A stretch of 64,000 nt of DNA from a virus. The notes under the pieces are model-generated. The model was not told the DNA's origin. It worked only from the letters and a program-made list of their open reading frames with translations, and searched no databases. Below, in pieces: positions 57,901 through 64,000 of the stretch (position 1 is the stretch's first letter; each line of letters starts with the position of its first letter). Both the position numbers and the translations under genes were made by a program. The stretch spans positions 30,272 through 94,271 of the IMG/VR virus record IMGVR_UViG_3300032116_000082; one strand, 5' to 3'.

Positions 57901-60900
57901 GTGACCTGGCTCGAGGTGATACTAGAGACCGTGGCCGCGTTGCCAGTGATACTGATACCCCAGGTCCCAGATGCTCCAGAGCCAGTCAGGGACGGAGCAT
58001 AAGAGGTGTAGTTCCCGGCATACAGGACCTGACTGCCTCCCTGCTGCAGCGCTCCTCTGACGATGTTGACATTGCCGCCGTGATCAATGCTGACCGCCGT
58101 CTTAGCACCCGTGGCGAACGAGTCGGTCGTTGCCAGGTACATCTTGGTGCCATAAGTGCCGGACGACTGGACGTAGATTCCCGCCTGCGCGTCTCCAGTG
58201 TTATTGAAGGTCCAGGTAATTGCCTGCACCTGGTCATTCGTGTTGTTGCCGTTGAACCGCAGGTTATAACTAGCCGTACCTGGGGTCGTCGTGTTCATCG
58301 TTGAGACGCCGTTCAACGAAAGAATACCGCTAAACGCACCGGTAGTGGCGTTGACCGTACCGCCCGACTGGTTAGTAGCCGTGGTCGCCGTTGATGCTGA
58401 CCCCGCGCTGCCGGTGATATTGATCCCCCACGTACCGGAAGCACCGGAACCAGTCAGCGACGGAGCATAGCTGTTGTAGTTGTTGGAATGGAGCACGCGA
58501 CTCCACGTCCCAATCGACCGCTCGCGAATGTAGAGGTTCGCGGAGCCTTCGGCGGCCCCCACCAGGTCAAACCCACGAGACGACGTATCACCAGCACCCA
58601 TGATGAACCGGTACGACATGACACTACTCATTCCGGTCGGCAGATTCGACGAACCTGACGGATTCGCGAAGATTACGTCATACAGCGCCGGATACGAGTT
58701 GAAGTCATGCGTAACATACGGCTTGCCATTCTGAGCAATCGTCGATGAGAGGGCGTAGCTGGTGTAGTTCCCTGCGTGAAGAACCGTATTTCCATCAACC
58801 GTCGTGCCCGTAGCGAACACGCCCACGCCAGCGACCGTAATGCCGCCGACCGTAGCGCCACTACGCTGAACATCAAACGCGTACAGCGCCGTACTCTTGT
58901 TCGTTGTATCAACGATAAAGTTGGAGCCATCAACATTCGCATTGTTATTCGAGACGAACACATGCGAGCTGACGAACTTGCCCGTTCGCTCCACCCGAAG
59001 CACCTCGGCACCACCAAGCAACCCTTGGAAGAGATAGTGCCCGGCACTCGTGTCTTGCTGGTTAATGCGAAGAATCGGCGTACCTTGAGTGCTAGCAGAC
59101 AGATACGCCCAGGCGGAGGTAGTGGCATTCGCCTGTACGGCATCGGTGATGCCAAACCCGCTCAGCGTCGTGGGCTTACTCGTAATGCCAGACCAGGCGA
59201 CGTTCGTCGCAGTCGCCGCATTGCCGGTGATGCTAATCCCCCACGTACCGGAGGCTCCGGAACCCGTCAGGCTCGGGCTGTACGACGTGTAGTTCCCGGC
59301 GTGAAGAACCTGATTGCCGCCCTGCTGCAGGGTTGTCAGAATGTTGACGGTGCCGGAGGTGTCAATTACCATGCGCTCGGTTGCGGATCCGTTAGTGTAG
59401 AAGCGCAACCCGAAACCAGTCTCCGCGATCAGCGACATATCGGAACTAGAGTCGCCTTCCCACGCGCCACTGAGCCCAACGAAACCAGCCGTGGTGCCAT
59501 TGTTTACAAACCCAACGACGGCTTTGCCGGTGTTCGTATTGTTGATGCGAATTGCCGCATCTGAGCCAACAATGTCAAGTTTGTAGTTTGCTGTCGGACT
59601 CGCCGTCCCCACGCCCACGCGGTTGTTCACCGCGTCCACGTACAGCGTGTTCGTGTCGACCGTCAGGTTCCCGCTGATGACGGCGCTATTAGTGCTAATG
59701 CCAGTTGTCGTGAACGTGGTTGCCGATCCAGCACCACCGCTCACCACTCGAATCCCAGTGCCGTCGATACCGAACCCGAAGTTCGTGTATCCAGCAAACG
59801 TGATGCTCGGGTCCGTCGCAGATCCAGCCGCTGCGGTGATATCGCCGCTCACCGTCAGGCTGCTCAACGTCCCGACGCTGGTGACGTTTGGCTGCGCGGC
59901 GGTCGAGAGCGTGCCCGCTAGTCCCGTCGCCGACAACACACCGGTTGACGGATTGAACGTCAGCTTCGTGGAGGCGACGTTAATCGACGTCGTGGTGCCG
60001 CTCGTGACGTCATCAAACAAGAGGTACCGCGTCGCGTTGGTCGTCGTGTCGTCGGACACCGCCACCGAGGCACCGGCCGAGCCAGTCGAAGCCGAGGTGA
60101 TACGACCCTTCGCATCCACGGTAAACGTGGCGTTACTATACGTTCCGGCAGTAACCCCGCTGTTCGACAACGTCGCAGTAATGGCCGTCGTCCCGCTGCC
60201 AGTCACATCGCCAGACAGCGTAATGGTCTGGTTCCCGCCAGGCGACCAGGAGAGCACACCGGAGCCGTTGGTCGTGAGCACCCGACCCGAAGCCCCATCC
60301 GCGGCAGGCCACGTATAGGCCACGCCGTTCAGCGTGGTGATACCTGTGACAGAAAGCGTCGAGAGGATGCCAACCGAGGTCAGGCTCGAGCTGACCACAT
60401 TGGAGGCGAGGGCCGTTCCGGAGAGCGTACTGGCAGGTGCAACCACCGCCTGAGTCGTCACCGCAGTGACCAAGCCCTTGGCATTGACCGTGACCACGGG
60501 AACCGTCGACGCCCCGCCGAACGACCCGACGTTGCTATTGACCGTCGCCAGCGTCAGTGCCAGGCTGGTGCTGCCGGACCCGGTCGCATCCCCCGTAACG
60601 CTGATCGTCTGGTTCCCGGTCAGATACGTCGCCGTATCCAGGGCCCAGGTGTCCGCCGCGGTCTTCTTGAGGAACCCAGACGTTCCCGCCAGGGCGGCAA
60701 TTGCCGCCAGATCCGCATCATAGGCCTGGACGTTCGTCCCAATGGCAAGGCCGAGGTTCGTGCGCGCGGCCGCCGCATTGGTCGCCCCAGTACCGCCGTT
60801 GGCAATCGCCACCGTGCCGGTCACATTGGCCGCGTTGCCGCTGATGTTGCCGGAGACCTTACTACCAGCAAGTGACGTGATCCAGCTCGGATCTGCGTAG

Positions 60901-63725
60901 CTCCCGCCCACCGTGACGACGGCGTTTCCGTTCTGCGTCAGGCTTCCGGTCACCGCCAAACTGCCAGGAATGGCCACTGCGCCCGCATTCGAGATCGTCA
61001 GGCGATCGGTAAACGGAACGGTCGTGCCTGCAACGCCAACCGGTGCCGTCTTAAAGGCCAAGCCGCCATTGGCAAAGTCCAGCTGGACCGCAAAATCGGC
61101 ACGATCATACGTATACGAACTACCGGTGGTCGTCGTACGATACCCTTCACCGATCGTCCCGTAGCCAAGATCACTACGACCCAGGGTGATGTAGTGAAGA
61201 ATCGAGTACGTCGACGGTGCGGTATGGCCGATCCACCGACCCCCGCTGTAACTCGACACTACCTGGCCGTTGAGATTCGAGGTGCCTGAGACCGTGACAC
61301 TGCTCAGCGTCCCGAGCGACGTAAGGCTCGAGTTCACCACCGTGCTGTTAAGCGTCGTCCCGGACAACGTTCCGGCAGGAGCCACCACCTGCACCGTCGT
61401 GACCCCAGTCACGAGACCCTTAGCGTTCGTCGTAACCACCGGGACATTCGAGGCATCGCCGAACGTCCCGACGTTGCTATTGACCGTCGCCAGCGTCAAC
61501 GCCAGCGCCGTGGTGCCAGACCCAGACACGTCACCGGTGACGGTAATAGACTGATTGCCCGTCAGGTACGCGTTGGTATCCAACGACCAGGTGTTCGCCG
61601 CGGTCTTTTTGAGGAATCCCGTCGTTCCCGTCAGCGCGGCGATGGCCGCAAGATCCGGATCATACGCCTGCACATCGCTTCCGATGGCCACGCCCAGGTT
61701 CGTGCGGGCCGTCGCCGCATCCCCCGCTCCGGTACCACCACGTGCGAGCGCCAGCGTACCAGAGGAAATGTTCGAGGCGTTGGTGGTGTCCGTCGTGGCC
61801 GAGGCAACAAGCCCAGACACCGCGCCTGAGGCAATCGCGATCGGCGTCGAGGCCGCCGCCGTCAGCTGACCCTGCGCGTTGACCGTGAACGTCGCCACAC
61901 TCGAGGCGGAGCCATAGCTCGCCCCAGTGACTCCCGTATTGGTAATGCTGAACGTGTTGCCCGTCTTGGTGAGCCCGGTCCCAGCGAACAGCTGATTGCT
62001 GCTGAAGAGCTGCGAGAACACCAACGGGGTGGTGCCCAGCGTGATCGGGGCATCCGTCGACAAGAACCAGCCCGTGTCCGCCAGCGTCGCGCCGGACTCC
62101 ACGAACAGGAAGATGCCAGGCGTGACCGCTCCTGAGCTATCCGCATCCGCCGCACGTACCCAGGTGCCGTTGGCACCCGTTCCGACGGACTGCACGACGT
62201 AAATGCCGTTCTGCGCTCCATTCGCCTGCGCGCGCACCAGCACGCGATCATTTGCCGCCAGGGTCACTCCGTCCACACTACTCGGAGCTCCGCCAGCAAG
62301 GCTGACGTCGCCGGTGGTTGCCACCCGCGCGGAGGCCTTGAAGTCCAGGTTGCCCAGGGCCAGCAGATCGACGTAGCCCTTATTGACAACGTCGGTATCG
62401 GCCACGGGGTTGGCGACATTGGTCAGCCGCTGCCCATTGAAGGATACCGGGCTCGTCGGCACCGCCATCTGATCCAGCCGATTCGTGCGAACCTGCGTGT
62501 CAAAGTCCGAGATCTTGGCCGAGGTGAGCACCGGAATATCCGTTGCCGCCAGCGTCGTCGCCGCGGTGACCTGGCCCTTGGTGTTGACGGTCAGCTTGGT
62601 ATAGGTCCCAGCCGTCAGCCCCGCCTGGTTTGGCAAGGTGAGGGTAATGGCCGTCGTACCAGAACCCGACACATCTCCCGTAACGTTGATCGTCTGGTTT
62701 CCGGTGAGGCGCGCATTGACCTGTCCCTGCAGCTTCTGAACGGCCTGCAGAATAGAATCGGTCGCAGCCACCGAAGTGTTCGTGCCAACGGCATAGCCCG
62801 TCAGGAGCTTTCCGGTGACCGTCGCGTCCGCAATCGCCACCGTGATCGCCGTCGCACCGCTCCCAGAAGCATCACCAGACAGTGTAACCGTCTGATTGCC
62901 CGTCAACCGGGCATTGACCTGGCCCTGGAGTTTCTGCAGCGCGACCAGAATCGAGTCCGTCGCCGTAAGCGCGGAATTCGCGCCGACGACATATCCGGTC
63001 AGCAGCTTGCCCGTCACCGTCGCATCGGCCAACGACGTCGTGATCGTTGTGGCGCCGCTACCCGTGATATCCCCGCTCAGGGTGATTGACTGGTTGCCGG
63101 TCAGGTATGTGTTCGTATCGAGCGCCCAGGTCGACGCGCCCGTCCGCTTCAGGAATCCTGTTCCGGTAATCGCGGCAATGGCGTCCAGGTCGGCATCGTG
63201 GGCTTGGACATTCGTACCAATCACGAGGCCCAGGTTGGTGCGTGCATCGGCAGCCGTCGCGGCGCCCGTTCCGCCCCGCGCCAGCGCCAGTGTCCCCGAG
63301 CTGATCTGATCCGCATTCAGCGCCGTCAGCGTCGAGCCGTCCGTGCTGTTGACCCAACTCGTCCCGTTGTATCGAATAAACTGACCCGCGGCGGTCCCCG
63401 CAAAGGCGATGTCGGTCAGATTCGTCAGCGCCAGCGACGGCGTCGCCGCCCACGACAGCCCGCCGCTGCCGTTGGTCTTGAGGTATAGGTTCGCAGACTG
63501 CGTTGCCGGGAACGTGTAGGTAATGCCGCCCACCGTGAGCGTCCCGCCCAGGGTGGTCGCACCCGTCACGGAGAGCGTTGCCAGCGACCCAAGATTGGCC
63601 GCGGTGTACCCCGCGATCTGAGAAACCGTCAGCTTACGAGAAGAATTCCCTTGAGTCGTCTCGAGCTGATCCGTTCCAGAAATCGTCGAGGCACTCGGAA
63701 GATCTATAATACGAGCGTTGGCCAT
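54936..63725 (-). CDS. Very long tail fibre (2929 aa) with a C-terminal peptidase S74 intramolecular chaperone
   Basis: T/G/S/A-rich repeats. Knob modules such as [13 protein letters not shown]...YGQLLV. C-terminal YYSDERLK...[16 protein letters not shown]...[14 protein letters not shown] plus coiled coil. Confidence 0.93.
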   Translation of the reverse strand: MANARIIDLPSASTISGTDQLETTQGNSSRKLTVSQIAGYTAANLGSLATLSVTGATTLGGTLTVGGITYTFPATQSANLYLKTNGSGGLSWAATPSLALTNLTDIAFAGTAAGQFIRYNGTSWVNSTDGSTLTALNADQISSGTLALARGGTGAATAADARTNLGLVIGTNVQAHDADLDAIAAITGTGFLKRTGASTWALDTNTYLTGNQSITLSGDITGSGATTITTSLADATVTGKLLTGYVVGANSALTATDSILVALQKLQGQVNARLTGNQTVTLSGDASGSGATAITVAIADATVTGKLLTGYAVGTNTSVAATDSILQAVQKLQGQVNARLTGNQTINVTGDVSGSGTTAITLTLPNQAGLTAGTYTKLTVNTKGQVTAATTLAATDIPVLTSAKISDFDTQVRTNRLDQMAVPTSPVSFNGQRLTNVANPVADTDVVNKGYVDLLALGNLDFKASARVATTGDVSLAGGAPSSVDGVTLAANDRVLVRAQANGAQNGIYVVQSVGTGANGTWVRAADADSSGAVTPGIFLFVESGATLADTGWFLSTDAPITLGTTPLVFSQLFSSNQLFAGTGLTKTGNTFSITNTGVTGASYGSASSVATFTVNAQGQLTAAASTPIAIASGAVSGLVASATTDTTNASNISSGTLALARGGTGAGDAATARTNLGVAIGSDVQAYDPDLAAIAALTGTTGFLKKTAANTWSLDTNAYLTGNQSITVTGDVSGSGTTALALTLATVNSNVGTFGDASNVPVVTTNAKGLVTGVTTVQVVAPAGTLSGTTLNSTVVNSSLTSLGTLSSVTVSGTSNLNGQVVSSYSGGRWIGHTAPSTYSILHYITLGRSDLGYGTIGEGYRTTTTGSSYTYDRADFAVQLDFANGGLAFKTAPVGVAGTTVPFTDRLTISNAGAVAIPGSLAVTGSLTQNGNAVVTVGGSYADPSWITSLAGSKVSGNISGNAANVTGTVAIANGGTGATNAAAARTNLGLAIGTNVQAYDADLAAIAALAGTSGFLKKTAADTWALDTATYLTGNQTISVTGDATGSGSTSLALTLATVNSNVGSFGGASTVPVVTVNAKGLVTAVTTQAVVAPASTLSGTALASNVVSSSLTSVGILSTLSVTGITTLNGVAYTWPAADGASGRVLTTNGSGVLSWSPGGNQTITLSGDVTGSGTTAITATLSNSGVTAGTYSNATFTVDAKGRITSASTGSAGASVAVSDDTTTNATRYLLFDDVTSGTTTSINVASTKLTFNPSTGVLSATGLAGTLSTAAQPNVTSVGTLSSLTVSGDITAAAGSATDPSITFAGYTNFGFGIDGTGIRVVSGGAGSATTFTTTGISTNSAVISGNLTVDTNTLYVDAVNNRVGVGTASPTANYKLDIVGSDAAIRINNTNTGKAVVGFVNNGTTAGFVGLSGAWEGDSSSDMSLIAETGFGLRFYTNGSATERMVIDTSGTVNILTTLQQGGNQVLHAGNYTSYSPSLTGSGASGTWGISITGNAATATNVAWSGITSKPTTLSGFGITDAVQANATTSAWAYLSASTQGTPILRINQQDTSAGHYLFQGLLGGAEVLRVERTGKFVSSHVFVSNNNANVDGSNFIVDTTNKSTALYAFDVQRSGATVGGITVAGVGVFATGTTVDGNTVLHAGNYTSYALSSTIAQNGKPYVTHDFNSYPALYDVIFANPSGSSNLPTGMSSVMSYRFIMGAGDTSSRGFDLVGAAEGSANLYIRERSIGTWSRVLHSNNYNSYAPSLTGSGASGTWGINITGSAGSASTATTATNQSGGTVNATTGAFSGILSLNGVSTMNTTTPGTASYNLRFNGNNTNDQVQAITWTFNNTGDAQAGIYVQSSGTYGTKMYLATTDSFATGAKTAVSIDHGGNVNIVRGALQQGGSQVLYAGNYTSYAPSLTGSGASGTWGISITGNAATVSSITSSQVTTALGYTPYNSTNPSGYITSGYTGFMLRSSSSQTNPNTNFVSSAYRFDPNANNPTNEHYAIVTYGNESNVVGQLATHLSSGQTFTRAYNSSWSAWRTQLDSSNYNSYAPSLTGSGASGNWGINITGNAGTVSNIARGSTGGVDLNTLTTSGFYRVQNTEANRPSDYGQLLVIYGGSDTITQIYGSYSTGTLYTRSGNPSNVGGTGSWTAWRTVLDSSNYTSYSPSLTGSGASGTWGISITGNAATVSSITSGQVTTALGYTPYNSTNPSGYITGITSGMVTTALGYTPVNKAGDTFTGARPIVVDTANGLISIKGDTGGWATGLYFLGSSGTNRGGFGANGGADALSILWIGPAYNNNWLELSSSAVNSKVALQQSGNQVLHAGNYTSYSPTLTGSGASGTWGINITGNAATTSQRSFSADIASSGQGRFSGWYTDGAGNTGSALEVGFSGASGYVLSYNRSTSTYQPLNIRGGSATLVFTGSDVNVSVGALKQDSNQVLHAGNYTSYSPSLTGSGASGTWSINVTGSAGSVAWSNVTSKPTLPSSQEGTRFTTDFNSILSTGFFNAEATPTNSPGGSYGQLIVARGIDTGLQIYGGYQNDNLWFRGWHTSGATFTAWRTVLHSGNYTSYSPSLTGSGASGTWSINVTGSAGSLNGYTQNASSGANTIVQRDSNGYIANNYFYTSGGGAERNASGLAYFAGFNSSDYYIRSYTPQAVASAIGAITTSNYTSYAPSLTGSGASGTWGINITGNAATATSATTASSATTASQVTINYSNNSNANYQMLWGSGNSVYGTAEVYLNPSNDYVYAASWNASDWFRSTGNTGWYSNQWGGGVYMEDGTWVRVYNAKAFYVANQIAATGDITAYYSDERLKTRVGAIASPVAKVKQLSGFLYVENALAKSLGYQNDKQQVGLSAQEVQAVLPEAVTLAPVDFHTDPETGEISSKSGENYLTVKYDRLVPLLIEAIKEQQEQIDTLKAQVAALLNQ
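55645..59310 (-). repeat. Nine full and one partial copy of an approximately 33-aa (about 100-bp) fibre repeat
   Basis: VLHxxNYTSY(S/A)[14 protein letters not shown](N/S)ITG(N/S)A copies near 59260, 58460, 57980, 57560, 57220, 56720, 56360, 55990 and 55690; partial copy near 58770. Confidence 0.9.
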
Positions 63726-63781
63726 GTCTACCCGTCCTGACCCGATGCGGGCGTAATCGGTTGCGCCGTTACCCTGGCTCT

Positions 63782-63813
63782 TGTAAGTCGAAGATTTACA
63801 CGGGAATGCGCAG
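63782..63813 (-). promoter_or_regulatory. Putative phage late promoter F
   Basis: Minus strand CTGCG-cattcccgtgtaaatctt(18)-CGACTTACA, upstream of the fibre gene. Confidence 0.65.
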
Positions 63814-63818
63814 CGAAA

Positions 63819-64000
63819 TCACGGTCGTTCAACGAGGGCTCCCCCGTTGATCACGGACCACCAGCGCTCCCCGTTGACGGGCGAGACCCACCATTCCAAA
63901 AACCGATCCTTTGGCATCCATTTCTCGGTCTTCCCAGACGACGGATCGGGATCGAAATAGCAGACCCGCTCCCGATCGACGTCCAGTATTACAATCGCGT
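63819..64000 (-). CDS. 3' end of a putative C39-like cysteine peptidase (partial)
   Basis: Manual translation ...AIVILDVDRERVCYFDPDPSSGKTEKWMPKDRFLEWW... matches the C39 C-terminal pattern xVVx..D...V...DP.....F...W. Confidence 0.55.
   Translation of the reverse strand, partial: AIVILDVDRERVCYFDPDPSSGKTEKWMPKDRFLEWWVSPVNGERWWSVINGGALVERP

Noticed and set aside
55645-59310. CRISPR-like repeat-spacer array
   Set aside because: The repeats are in-frame, synonymous-diverged peptide repeats with spacers of hundreds of nucleotides inside a CDS.

Overview
This window is 64 kb of a large, GC-rich tailed dsDNA phage, probably a long non-contractile-tail (siphovirus-like) one. Every credible gene is on the minus strand; the many plus-strand ORFs are antisense shadows. 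In transcription order (right to left) there are five blocks. (1) A truncated C39-like peptidase, then a 2929-aa repeat-rich tail fibre with a C-terminal S74 intramolecular chaperone and a Gly-rich adhesin. (2) Eight probable virion appendage genes. (3) A replication/recombination operon: AEP primase-DnaB helicase fusion, family A DNA polymerase, HNH, dNMP kinase, RuvC. (4) Packaging and head genes: TerS candidate, TerL, portal, LAGLIDADG, GT4 glycosyltransferase, protease/scaffold, decoration protein, MCP. (5) Neck and tail genes: an apparently duplicated tail tube protein, a -1 frameshifted tail chaperone, a 2659-aa tape measure, two tail-tip proteins, and a >1475-aa FN3-containing protein that runs off the left edge and is missing from the ORF track. 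The main finding is a split, order-permuted sigma70-family factor: a stand-alone region 4 gene (36687-36947) lies upstream of a stand-alone region 2 gene (36192-36584). A bipartite motif, YYNCG-N17/18-CGACTTATT, is present in 7 of the 8 intergenic gaps longer than 80 nt. All seven precede late genes, and one sits directly in front of the region 2 gene. The likely reading is a two-subunit phage late sigma factor with its own promoter set and a positive-feedback loop. All protein assignments are by motif recognition; no database searches were run.
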